A stretch of DNA of 63,270 bases, the filler included, from Octopus bimaculoides (Eukaryota): NCBI RefSeq assembly GCF_001194135.2. It is 8 parts of 6 records of this genome, joined end to end, with 100 filler letters (N's around TTAATTAATTAA, not from the genome) between each part and the next. Parts side by side here need not be neighbours in the genome. Positions count along the whole stretch, not along the records: positions 1 to 15,769 come from NC_068982.1; 7 more parts are not named here. One strand, given 5' to 3'. This document shows positions 1 through 11,090 of this stretch, in pieces. The position numbers and the translations under genes were made by a program. The notes beneath the pieces were generated by a model. It saw nothing but the letters and a program-made list of their open reading frames with translations, had not been told where the DNA came from and searched no databases. Positions within the stretch are counted from its first letter, which is position 1; every line of letters begins with the position of its first letter.

Positions 1-333
1 TCGTGTATCACCTGGCTCGTAATACGGGTGACTAGGCTATAGCCAACACTGCCAGATATTTTGAGCATTTCTGCAGTGATTCCTGATGGGCCGGGGGCTT
101 TCCCGGTCTTCATACTCTTAATTGCTTTATCTACCCCGGTACTATCAACTCGGATAGCTGGTCCCTCTATTGGGTCAACATACGGCAGGCTCTCTTCCTC
201 CCATTCATTCTCTTTATTAAGCAATCTATCGTAGTGGCATCTCCAGACCTCTTTCTTTGCATCCTCATTTAGTGCAAGCGTACCATCATCCATGCGAACA
301 CATTTCTCTCCTACAACGTCACTATTCTCTCTC
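1..333 (-). mobile_element. RTE-type LINE, internal ORF2 fragment (region upstream of RT core), runs off window start
   Basis: Minus strand reads RENSDVVGEKCVRMDDGTLALNEDAKKEVWRCHYDRLLNKENEWEEESLPYVDPIEGPAIRVDSTGVDKAIKSMKTGKAPGPSGITAEMLKISG; K-x-GKAPGP-x-GI-x-AEMLK is the pre-RT motif of RTE-like LINEs. Confidence 0.85.
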
Positions 334-1034
334 CTACACTGTATCATGTCTAGTAATTCATATAATTGTGTGGAGCTGTGGTACTTCAGTGCCCACCCAC
401 TCACCACAACTTCACAAAATGGCATATTATACACCCGCCTCCCCATGTTTCTCACAGCCAAAGAAACACCGCAAAACAGCAAATTATTTTAATCAGACAG
501 AAGCTAATTTTACACAATGGCTTATTATCCATATTTTACAATCTCTCATCCAGCATGTGCCTCTTTTTAGATATCTGTACGAACTATTGTCCACTATAAT
601 AATTTTGATGGAAATTACGGAAGAAAATGACAAAAGCTTACATAATGAAATTATTTTGGACTTTGACACATCATCAATCATATTTTCTACTCTCTGATAG
701 CATAATGTTTTGCTCATATTTTATCCTGCACAAAGATTTCTTTGAAAATGTGTCTAAAATATGTGTATTGTATCTGGTTTAATTCACAGCCCTTTTGAGC
801 ATTCAGTTACCCTCAGAGCGTCTCCTCCTTGTGAGCTCTCAACCAATGGTTCCCTCATTAGCTCAAGGTAATAAATTCAGTTTGTTGTTAGTTCTGACTG
901 AGTAGATCTGTAACAGGAGATATTCCAGCCATGATCATCTAGTCTTTTATTATGCTCACATAATGTATCTAGGAGTACACTATCTAGTATGTTCTTTTTT
1001 TAAAAAGCAAATAAAAAGTAATGCTAGTTTCTTA

Positions 1035-1175
1035 TTTGGGACCAAGGCCAACAATTTCAGGGGCAAGGGAGCTCAACTATATTGACCCCTGTGCACAACT
1101 GGTACTTATTTTATCGACCCTGAAAGGACAAATGGCAAAGGCCAATATCAGTGGAATTAGAACTTGGACTGTAAA
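1035..1175 (-). mobile_element. SINE family B fragment
   Basis: Contains ACTGGTACTTATTTTATCGACCCTGAAAGGA, reverse complement of the family B core seen at 53210-53640. Confidence 0.6.
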
Positions 1176-1189
1176 GACACAAAATGCCA

Positions 1190-1598
1190 TGGCTGTGTGG
1201 TAAGTAGCTTGCTTACCAACCACATGGTTCTGGGTTCAGTGCCACTGTGTGGCACCTTGGGCAAGTGTCTTCTACTATAGCCTCGGGCCGACCAAAGCCT
1301 TGTGAGTGGATTTGGTAGATGGAAACTGAAAGAAGCCCATTGTATATATGTATATATATATACGTGTATGTGTGTGTATATGTTTGTGTGTCTGTGTTTG
1401 TCCCCCCAACATCGCTTGACAACCGATGCTGGTGTGTTTATGTCTCCGTAACTTAGCGGTTTGGCAAAAGACACCTATAGAATAAGTACTAGGCTTACAA
1501 AGAATAAGTCCTGGGGTCGATTTGCTCGACTAAAGGCGGTGCTCCAGCATGGCTGCAGTCAAATGACTGAAACAAGTAAAAGAGAGTAAAAAGAGAGT
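1190..1598 (+). mobile_element. tRNA-derived SINE family A, near full length
   Basis: A-box-like TGGCTGTGTGG and B-box-like GGTTCAGTGCC head, conserved core GGGCAAGTGTCTTCTACTATAGCC...GGAAACTGAAAGAAGCCC, internal TA/TG microsatellite, tail GCAGTCAAATGACTGAAACAAGTAAAAGAG; about 20 copies in window. Confidence 0.88.
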
Positions 1599-1633
1599 AT
1601 GCATTTTGGCCAGAGACACAAAAATGCCAGATG

Positions 1634-1855
1634 TTAAGTTGGTGCATAATTATTGCAGATTTTCTTCAATAAATTTTATTCAACAAAAACAATAACAACA
1701 CTTAACAAAAACATCTTTAAATGACTATTCTGGAGCATATTCACCATCTACTTCAATTTCTGCTGGGTGTTTTGTTTAAATTTGTGTTTTGTTTAAATTT
1801 TTTGCTGGATAAAATTTATTGAAAAAAAAGCCGCAATAATTACGCACCAACCTAA
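1634..1855. mobile_element. mariner-derived MITE (MADE1/Hsmar1-like TIRs)
   Basis: TTAAGTTGGTGCATAATTATTGCAG ... CCGCAATAATTACGCACCAACCTAA followed by TA; 222 bp, non-coding interior. Confidence 0.8.
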
Positions 1856-2474
1856 TAATAATCTGAGGGTGATTTGGTTGGTATTTCTTGCAGGTCATGT
1901 GACTGTGTAGAGACTCTCACTTTAGCTCAAAGGAAAATATATCTGCCAGCGCTATGTAATTTTTGGCCATAAGAAACGTCTCTTTGATAAAATGATATTG
2001 TATTTATCAATCAAGAAATATATTTGTTTTGATGTTAAAAACCAGGTAAATAAGTTTCAATTGAAGAACTATTTTCGTTTCTACATCTATTCTTTCTGAC
2101 ACTTTTTCTACCAAAACTCATTTATTATGTTGCATCATTGTCAAGAAGTATCATCATTCCTTGTCAAATTACTTCTAATAAACTGGCGTGTTTTTGCCAT
2201 TTTTCATTCTTCTTCATTATTATTTTTTTTTCCCCCCGTCTTGTGTTTTTCTTTCTTTCTCCAGGAGAAGAAAACATATTTATTACTGAATTATTTAAAT
2301 ACGTGAAAGATTAAACACCTATTTCAAAGTGAAGCTGTTTAGTGTGATTATAATAATGACATTTGTTGTGAGATACAGTATTCTGGTCTTACACTTATAT
2401 ATGTGTCACATACTCTAAACGTTTTTGCACTCATAACTATGTGGACACACAGACACACACACAGACTCTTTGAT

Positions 2475-2690
2475 CTTTTATCATTTACTTGTTTCAGTCA
2501 TTAGACTGTGGCCATGCTGGGGCACTGCTTTGAAGAATTTTAGTCGAGCAAATCAACCCCAGGACTTATTTTGTTTATGTTTTGCTTTTTAAAAGCCTGG
2601 TACTTATTCTATCGGTCTCTTTTGCTGAACTGTTAGGCTAAAGAGATGTAAACACACCAACACTGGTTGTCAAGTCATGGTGGGGGACAA

Positions 2691-2700
<10 letters not shown>
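2475..2700 (-). mobile_element. SINE family A, 3' half, ends in (CA)n at gap
   Basis: TTACTTGTTTCAGTCATTAGACTGTGGCCATGCTGG...GGGGGACAAACACA. Confidence 0.75.
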
Positions 2701-2751
<51 letters not shown>

Positions 2752-2973
2752 NNNNNNNNNNNNNNNNNNNNNNNNNNNNNNNNNNNNNNNNNNNNNNNNN
2801 NNNNNNNNNNNNNNNNNNNNNNNNNNNNNNNNNNNNNNNNNNNNNNNNNNNNNNNNNNNNNNNNNNNNNNNNNNNNNNNNNNNNNNNNNNNNNNNNNNNN
2901 NNNNNNNNNNNNNNNNNNNNNNNNNNNNNNNNNNNNNNNNNNNNNNNNNNNNNNNNNNNNNNNNNNNNNNNNN

Positions 2974-4032
2974 AATTGTTGGTGTTCGTATGGCAGGTGC
3001 TAGCGTAATGAAAACAGCTGAAATGTTTGGTGTATCAAGAAGTACTGTCTCGAAAGTAATGACAGTCTTTGAGAAAGAGGGAACAATCTCCTTGTCGAAA
3101 CAAAACTCCGGAAAAAAGCCAAAACATTCAGATAGGGACCGTCGGACTCTTATGCGAATTGTTAGAAAGGATCACAAAAGTACAGCTCCTAAAATTGCTG
3201 CAGAACTTACTGACCACCTCGAGAACTCAGTTTCCACAAAAACTGTTCACCAGGAGCTGCACAAAGCCAGATTTCATGGGAGGGCTGCAATCAGAAAACC
3301 ACTACTTTCAAAAATGAATGTTGCAAAGCATTTAGAGTGGAGTAAAAACCTACAGAATTGGTCCCTAGAGCAGTGGAAGAATGTTTTCTTGGATGAGTCA
3401 TCTTTTACCTTATTTTCAACTTGCCAAGTATACTTGCCAAGTATACTTGTGGAGACAGCCAAAAGAAGCATTATACCCAGACTGCCTTCTTCCAGCTGTT
3501 AAACATAGAGGATGCTCAGGGTGGGGGGTGGGGGCTATATCTTGGAAATCAGCTGGCCGAATGGTCTCCCTTCATGGCAGAATTAACAGTCAAGATTATT
3601 TAAGCATTTTATCTGATCAAATTCATCCTATGGTTGCAGAACTGTTTCCGGAGGGAAACACAATCTTTCAGGGTGATAATGCACCAATTTGCACAGCTAA
3701 AGTTGTTACTGAATGGCATGCGGAACATTCTAGTGAAGTTGAACATCTTATCTGGCCACCACAGTCCTCAGATCTCAATATTATTGAACATTTATGGTGC
3801 ATTTTAGGAAAAAATGTAAGGAGTCGATATCCTCCACCATCATCACTACAAGAACTGGAGACTGTTTTAGCTGAAGAATGGACAAAAATTCCTATGGAAA
3901 CAATTCAAACTTTGTACAAGGCCATATCTCATAGAGTTCAAGCTGTAATAATTGCCAAAGTCGGTCCTACCCCATATTAAAATAAATTTGTTTGAAATTT
4001 TAAGGTGTTTCCATTATTTTGTCCAACCCCTG
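2974..4032 (+). mobile_element. Tc1-family DNA transposon with DD36E transposase, frameshifted; left end lost in gap
   Basis: ORFs 2990-3502 (HTH region, ending LDES) and 3381-3980 (QGDNAP...WPPQSSDLNIIEHLW); right TIR AGGTGTTTCCATTATTTTGTCCAACCCCTG then TA at 4033-4034; 13-bp tandem duplication ACTTGCCAAGTAT accounts for the frameshift. Confidence 0.92.
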
Positions 4033-4249
4033 TATATATATGTATATATTTCATGATCATGATGATCATCATCATCATCAAATACACACACACACACACA
4101 CACACTCTATATATATATTCATTCTTCACTTGAAATTTGTTATTGTTTTTATTTTATTTCCTTTGTCTGGAAATCTGCCTTACATCCTGTGACCCCTTCA
4201 AACAACTCTCCATCCCTAGTATCTCCTCCTGTTCTGTTTAGTCCATTCT

Positions 4250-4390
4250 CATCATCATCATCATCCAGTTAACATCCACTTTTCCATGCCTGCATGGGTT
4301 GGACAGAATTTACTGGGGCTGTTTCCTAGCAAAGCAATATTTCTCCATGACCAGACATGTTTTCACAGAAGATTGAAAATGAAAGACACT
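4250..4390 (-). mobile_element. RTE-related 3' tail with (GAT)n end
   Basis: CATCATCATCATCC..TTAACATCCACTTTTCCATGCCTGCATGGGTTGGAC, same tail as 34680-34830. Confidence 0.6.
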
Positions 4391-4589
4391 GCTCGCAGAG
4401 ATGTGCACAGTTTTACATCATCAATATTTGAAAATAGACTTTTGACTTGCGATTTCTAAAATTCATTTATCCAAAACACTTTGATTCGTTTGAAACTAGT
4501 TTGCCTGGAGACAGTTTCTGGTTCTTTGATAGAAAACTGCTTGTTTTGAAGTTTTCATATTTAAACTTTTTATACTTTTCATCATTTGT

Positions 4590-4970
4590 CTTTTATCTCT
4601 AGTTTCAGTCATTGGACTGTGGCCACGCTGGAGCACCACTTTGACGAGTTTAGTCAAACAAATTAACCCCAGTACTTATTTTAAAGTCTGCTACTCATTT
4701 TATCAATTGCTTTTGATAAACTTATAAGTTATGGAGATGTAAACAAACCAACATCAGTTGTCAAGCACTGGTGGGGAACACACACACACATTCATACACA
4801 CACGTACACATTATGTGACAAGCTTCAACACAATTTTGATCAACTGAATTCACTCACAAGGTACTGGTTGGCCCAGGGCTATAAGAGAAGACACTTGTCC
4901 AAGGTGCATTGCAGTGGAACTGAAACCTAAAACCACATGGTTGCAAAGTGAGCTCCTTAATCACACACCT
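4590..4970 (-). mobile_element. SINE family A, diverged
   Basis: Tail, (CA)n and head motifs recognisable in reverse. Confidence 0.7.
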
Positions 4971-5085
4971 ATAATCTAAAGGCTTTTTTGCAAAATTGTT
5001 TTACAGGGAACTAATCCACAGATAAAAATGTTATTTTACGAAATCCTACAAAATTTTTTTATTATTTTAAAAAGGAATTTAGGTA

Positions 5086-5818
5086 CCGTATTTGATGGCC
5101 TATAAAACACACCTTTTTTTTTTAACCTAAAAATGGCTTAAAATATCCCTGTGTCCAATGTACTCAATGTAGGCTCAAAACTCGTTCAAAATGGTATGCT
5201 TGTTTACAAAACGTATGCTGCCATCTATTGGTGTACAATCGCTTATGGCATGTTTATATCAAATGTGGATGCAATAAATTGCTTATAATTACCGGTAATA
5301 ACATAAAGTTATACAGGTAAGTGGAGGAATTAAAACATTATTTTAGTGGTAATTTATTTTACAAAAGAATAGCCTGGGCCAGGGTGCGTCCTATGCACTC
5401 ATAAGTCTTATACTCTTTTACATGTTTCAGTCATTTGACTGTGGCCATGCTGGAGCACCGCCTTTAGTCAAGCAAATCGAACCCAGGACTTATTCTTTGT
5501 AAGCCTAGTACTTATTCTATCGATCTATTTTGCCGAACCGCTAAGTTACAGGGACATAAACACACCAGCATCGGTTGTCAAGTGATGTTGGGGGGACAAA
5601 CATAGACACGTAAACATAAAAACACACACACATACATATATATACATATATACGATGGACTTCTTTCAGTTTCCATCTACCAAATCCACTCATAAGGCTT
5701 TGATCTGCCCGAGGCTATAGTAGAAGACGCTTGCCCAAGGTGCCATGCAGTGGGACTGGTCGTAAGCAAGCTACTTACCACACAGCTACTCCTACCACTA
5801 CTACACCATCGAATACGG
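5086..5818. mobile_element. pogo/Tigger-like MITE with a SINE nested in its right TIR
   Basis: TA-CCGTATTTGATGGCCTATAAAACACACC at left; right TIR split into GGGTGCGTCCTAT...CTTATAC before the SINE and TACACCATCGAATACGG-TA after it. Confidence 0.72.
5410..5793 (-). mobile_element. SINE family A
   Basis: Nearly full-length reverse copy. Confidence 0.85.
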
Positions 5819-6304
5819 TAATTTTTCATAAAAGAATGGCCATGATAGGGTTGGTATTGTTAATATCAGAAATTTCACTCGTCCAGCCTATTTCTGTCAT
5901 TCTCTCTGCAAATTTCAACTCAAAATTTAGGGCACTGTCCTTTGAAAAGCAAATAAGCCTGTTTTATAAAATGGTTTATTTCTACTGTCGATCTACTTAT
6001 TTCATTAACTCCTGATGAAATTAAATGTCAAGTCAGCCTAGAAAAGATTTAGATTATGGATTGCAGGAAATATAACTTGATATTTATCATAGAGTATAAT
6101 TAATACTTATTTTCTAACCAGATAAAATTCAGCTAGACAGAATGTATCTCATGTAAAGTACATTACTCTAATAGATATATTACAGAAGTTTCGGACTCAT
6201 GAACTATTAGTCTGTCATCTATAATCACAAATGCTTCCAACAACAATGCTTCACCTGCATGCTTATATATACATACATACATACATACCTACATACATAC
6301 AGAC

Positions 6305-6685
6305 ACAGGCGTGGCTGTGTGGTAAGAAGCTTGCTTCCCAAGCACATGGTTCCAGGTTCAGTCCCATTGCATGGCACCTTGGGCAAGTGTCTTCTACTAT
6401 AGCCTTGGGCTGACCAAAGCCTTGTGAGTAGATTTGGTAGGCAGAAACTGAAAGAAGTTCGTTGTATATATATGTATATATTTGTGTGTCTGTGTTTGTC
6501 CCCACCCACCATTGCTTGACAACTGATGTTGGTGTGTTTATGTCTGTGTAACTCAGTGGTTCGGCAAAAAAGACCAATAAAATAAGCACTAGGCTTACAA
6601 AGAATAAGTCCTGGGGTCAATTAGTATGACTAAAGGCAGTGTTCCTGCATGGCTACAGTCAAATGACTGAAACAAGTAAAAGAAT
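6305..6685 (+). mobile_element. SINE family A, full length
   Basis: CAGGCGTGGCTGTGTGGTAAGAAGC...GACTGAAACAAGTAAAAGAA. Confidence 0.87.
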
Positions 6686-6744
6686 ATACATATGTATGTA
6701 TACATACATGCATACATTTATCTATATATACATATTTGTGTATC

Positions 6745-6912
6745 CAGTCCACATTGTAAAGTGGTTGGTATTTGGAAGGGCATCCAACCACAAAAACCCC
6801 AGCAAAACAGACACAGAAGTTGGGTGCATACTCCTGCTTGGCCAGATCCTGTCAAATCATCCAATCTATGTCAGCATGGAAGGAGGATGTTAAACAATGA
6901 TGATGATGATAT
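6745..6912 (+). mobile_element. RTE-related 3' tail with (GAT)n
   Basis: GTAAAGTGGTTGG..GGAAGGGCATCCA...CAGCATGGAAGGAGGATGTTAAACAATGATGATGATGAT. Confidence 0.65.
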
Positions 6913-7069
6913 CATCAGTGGATCATATATTCAAAAAAAGAAACACTCTAAAAGTTAGAGCAGTAATGTATTTACATGAAGTTAAATATATATCAGGTCA
7001 GAAAGTGACCAATGGTTTCATATTCGCAAAGCGCTTAGCTTTATATATGACTCATCAGACTCCAATGGC

Positions 7070-7286
7070 CGAGGGGGTACTGAAAAGTTCCTGGCTTTGG
7101 GTAACAGAAATTACAGGAGGATTAGTTAATTATGATATCATTCAACATATTTCCCTCTCAGATTCACATACTTATTGCGTCAATCCTTCAGTTTTTCTAA
7201 CCCCTGTAAAAGAACTTGGGAGGTTGAGCCTCCAACCAGGCCTTTCACAACACCCTTAAAGCCAGGAACTTTTCAGCACCACCTTG
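7070..7286. mobile_element. mariner-derived MITE
   Basis: CGAGGGGGTACTGAAAAGTTCCTGGCTTT ... AAAGCCAGGAACTTTTCAGCACCACCTTG-TA. Confidence 0.8.
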
Positions 7287-7435
7287 TACACGATACATAT
7301 ACATAGGCCACTGGTATTTATAGAGTGTTAAACACTTTCAGTATGCAAATTAGGAACTCCTTAATAGAGTAACTGTTGCATTTGTTGAGTATATAAACAG
7401 TTTGGCTCCTTGTTTCTCTGGAAACTAGCAGAATG

Positions 7436-7495
7436 GGGTGGACGCCTCTGATGAGAACCCAATAAGGTTTGAAAATTGATGAAGGTTGTTCATCC
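7436..7495 (+). ncRNA. decayed type I hammerhead ribozyme motif
   Basis: P1 GGGTGGACGCCT/AGGTTGTTCATCC (G-U pairs, one bulge), CTGATGA 7448-7454, P2 GAACC/GGTTT, GAAA 7471-7474; P3 and cleavage triplet mutated. Confidence 0.55.
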
Positions 7496-7547
7496 TTTTT
7501 TCAGTCTGCAGAGAAATGGCTAAGATTTGAAATGTCACATATATATG

Positions 7548-7583
<36 letters not shown>

Positions 7584-8024
7584 AGTTGTCTAATAATCCA
7601 TAAGTGAGGAAAAATGTACTCGTATATCTGTCAATAAAGTGGTTATATTAATCTAAGTGGACAGTATTATATAGATTGGTCATTATGGATATATAGGTAG
7701 TGTTTACCACCTCCAGTTTGCTTTCCATACTTAGTATTTATTGCAAGTAGGAGATAACTCCTGCCAGTTGGGCTTCGAGGTCAACAGTCCATGAGATTTC
7801 AATCTTATAGGATCTCTTCGGTGGTGGGCACTTATTTGTTAGGCATGGCAGTATATACAATATATACAAAATACAGTGTCATACAATCACTAATTTTGTA
7901 ATTAGGACACTAGTCTGTTAGAAAACCTCTGTTCAAGATAGAAGCAATACACGAACCAAAAGGTAGTGTTTATCACCTCTTTAACATGGGTGTTCTCTAA
8001 GAGCTGATGATACTGCTGTTTATA

Positions 8025-8094
<70 letters not shown>

Positions 8095-8095
<1 letters not shown>

Positions 8096-8505
8096 CACAG
8101 GAGAGGCTGTGTGGTAAGTAGCTTGCTTACCAGCCACATGGTTCCGGGTTCAGTCCTATTGTGTGGCACTCACCGTAGGTGAGTGTCTTCTACTATAGCC
8201 TTGGGCCAACCAAAGCCTTGTGAGTGGATTTGGTAGACGGAAACTGAAAGAAGCCTGTCACACACACACACACACACATATATGTATGTATATGTTCGTG
8301 TGTCAGTATTTGTACCCCCAACATCACTTGACAACCGATGCTGGTGTATTTACATCACCGTAACTTAGCAGTTCGGCAAAAGAGACCGATAGAATAAGTA
8401 CTCGGCTTACAAAAAATAAGTCCTGGGGTTGATTTGCTCAGCTAAAGGCAATGTTCCAGCATGGCCACAGTCAAGTGGCTGAAACAGATAAAAGAATAAA
8501 AGAAA
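8095..8505 (+). mobile_element. SINE family A, full length, after long (TA)n
   Basis: GCACAGGAGAGGCTGTGTGGTAAGTAGC...GGCTGAAACAGATAAAAGAA. Confidence 0.87.
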
Positions 8506-8540
<35 letters not shown>

Positions 8541-8805
8541 AAGTATAGGGGTTTAGTTCACAGGTGATTTAAATGAATAGGTATGCTTGGTAAGTGCTGT
8601 AACGGATTACTAAGGCTCCAAGGTTGTAGCTGAGACAGTAGTTATGGAGCCATTGCAGATTTCTGATAAAGCGGATATATAATTGTTGAAGAGGACAACA
8701 AATGTTAAGGCAAGACGTTTGTTGGTCCTCTTTAACAATTACATATATACATAAATATATATACATACACATATACATACATGCATACGTATGTGTGTGT
8801 GTGTG

Positions 8806-8858
<53 letters not shown>

Positions 8859-9469
8859 GTATACCATATGTGTACTTCTTATACTTATTTATAATTTCTC
8901 ATCCATACATGACAAAATAAAATATTTGTATTATTTTTAACAGCAGTGATAGCCTTGAGACCACAGCTAAAAAACTGCAAATACAAGAAGAATACACGTA
9001 AAAATAAAATAATCAAGAACTCAAAAGGGGCAATTAGATAGCAAGTTTTTAAAGTACACTTCTTTTAACAACTGTTATTTCATCTGCTTTAAATTCTCTT
9101 GTTAAGGATAGCAAATTGCTGCAAAAATTTGAGACATTTTCTTTGTCTGTTTTTTCTTTACAGCCTTTCACCGGTAACAGCTGTTGCACTGCTAATTTCA
9201 TAGTTGAATTTCTAAAGAATGTAGGCTTCTGGCTATATTGAAATTAATATACTTTGAAGCATTTTTAAATAATTCAAACCTCATTTATATCTACGTTTTG
9301 AAATTCAATTAAAACAAAATTTACCAGCCAGTTAATTATGAATTAAAAGTATGAAACATGAGCAAAATGTGATAATTTCGGTTTATTCATGTTCTGACAC
9401 TAATGTACAATAAATGCTCACGGTTTCTACCAAGTTATGTAGTTAATCAGTTCATGTTAGGCTTTTGTT

Positions 9470-9675
9470 ATTTTATGCATTTCAGTCATTGAATTGTGGC
9501 CATGCTGGAGCACTGCATTCAAAGGTGGTAAGAAGTTTGCTTCTCAACTATATGGTTCTGGGTTCAGTCTCACTGCATGGCACCTTGGGCAAGTGTCTTC
9601 TACTATAGCTTTGGGCCGACCAAAGTGTTGTGAGTGGATTTGCTAGACAGAAACTGAAAGAAACCCATTGTATGT
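9470..9675. mobile_element. SINE A fragments (reverse 3' end joined to forward head and core)
   Basis: TTCAGTCATTGAATTGTGGCCATGCTGGAGCAC followed directly by GTGGTAAGAAGTTTGCTT...GAAACTGAAAGAAACCC. Confidence 0.6.
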
Positions 9676-9822
9676 ATACATGCATGTATGTATATGTATA
9701 TATACATACATATACATATGTATGTATGTATGTATGTATGTATATATATATGTGTATATATATATATATATGTGTATATATATGTATATATATATGTATG
9801 TATATATATATGTATATATATA

Positions 9823-9980
9823 TCATCATCATCATCATCATCGTTTAACGTCCGCTTTCCATGCTAGCATGGGTTGGACGATTTGACTGAGGACTGGTGC
9901 AACCGGATGGCCACACCAGGCTCCAATCTAATTTGGCAGAGTTTCTACAGCTGGATGCCCTTCCTAACGCCAACCACTGT
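9823..9980 (-). mobile_element. RTE-related 3' tail, young copy
   Basis: (CAT)n CGTTTAACGTCCGCTTTCCATGCTAGCATGGGTTGGACG...CTAACGCCAACCACT, near identical to 34685-34830. Confidence 0.75.
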
Positions 9981-10266
9981 ATGTATATATATGTATGTGT
10001 ATACATATATATATATGTATGCATGCATATATATATTTATTTACATATACATATGTATGCATATACCTGTATATATGCCTTCGGTGTGAATGGTTTTGTT
10101 ATATGGCACTGTATTTTACAATCCTGTAAATAATAATGGTATTTTTATATAAGCTTAAAGCTTATGGTGATCCCTGTGCAATGACTAAAGAAAATAGTTT
10201 AATAATGGGGTGTATAAGCTCTCAACAGGAAAAAGAAGGCTTTCCTATCTGTGTGATATATCTATA

Positions 10267-10850
10267 CAGGGTGTGATGAATAAAATGTCAAAATTACGCA
10301 AAACTGGAAATAACACTGACATCTCATTTTAACAGATATATTTACCAAAATTACATAAATATATCTTGAAATACTAAAGAGTAAATTTATTCAATAAGAT
10401 CACTATTGGCTTCAACCACGGCTTCCAGAAGACTTCAGAATCTCCTGCAACTCTTCTGGATGGTCTCCTTGTTTAAATTGGGGAATGCTGCCATAATCCT
10501 TGTCTTCAGTTCATCTTAAAGAGTTTTGTTGGTCTCTCGCTCAACTGTGCCCCACACATAATAATCAAGGGAGTTGCAGTCTTGGGAGATAGGTGGTCAG
10601 ATGTTAGGGGTGGTGTGGTCTCAGAAATTGTCTGACAGCTATGATTGGGTTCTCCTGCTTGTGTGGCTTGGTGCAGTGTCGTGTTGCCAGACATAAGGTT
10701 TTCTAGCAGCCACCCTCTTGACCCAGGACAACACTACCTCCTCCAGGTAGGCCTCCGTGTTGAGTATGAGGCTGTGTGGGAAGATGAACGGAGGCTTAGC
10801 ATCACCATCACTACTGACCACTCCAAACACCATGATGTTGACTAGACTGA
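10267..10850 (-). mobile_element. maT-type (DD37D) Tc1/mariner relic, C-terminal part plus TIR
   Basis: Minus strand MVFGVVSSDGDAKPPFIFPH..AYLEEVVLSWVKRVAARKPYVWQHDTAPSHTSRRTQS; TA-CAGGGTGTGATGAATAAA terminus; same family as 18234-19029. Confidence 0.8.
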
Positions 10851-10889
10851 ATTTTTAGTTGGATGAATTGACCCCAAGATTTCTTTCTT

Positions 10890-11090
10890 TTGTAAGTCGA
10901 TACTTATTCTCTTAGTCTCTTTTACCAAACTGCTAAGTTACTGGGATTCAAACACACCAGCACTGGTTGTCAAGCAGTGGTGGGGGACAAACATGGACAC
11001 AAAGATACACACACACACACACACACATGGTGACAAGCTTCTCTCAGTTTCCATTTACTAAATCCACTGACAATGCTTTGGTCAGCTCAC
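10890..11090 (-). mobile_element. SINE family A fragment
   Basis: TACTTATTCTCTTAGTCTCTTTTACC...GGGGGACAAAC...TTTCCATTTACTAAATCCACT. Confidence 0.65.

Noticed and set aside
2265-2313. Terminal exon after a strong pyrimidine tract and CAG
   Set aside because: All frames close within 17 codons and nothing is identifiable; cannot be supported without transcripts
9548-9886. ORFs made of YI/HT/CV/LL/II repeats (here and throughout) and ORFs spanning N runs
   Set aside because: Translations of microsatellites or gaps, not proteins
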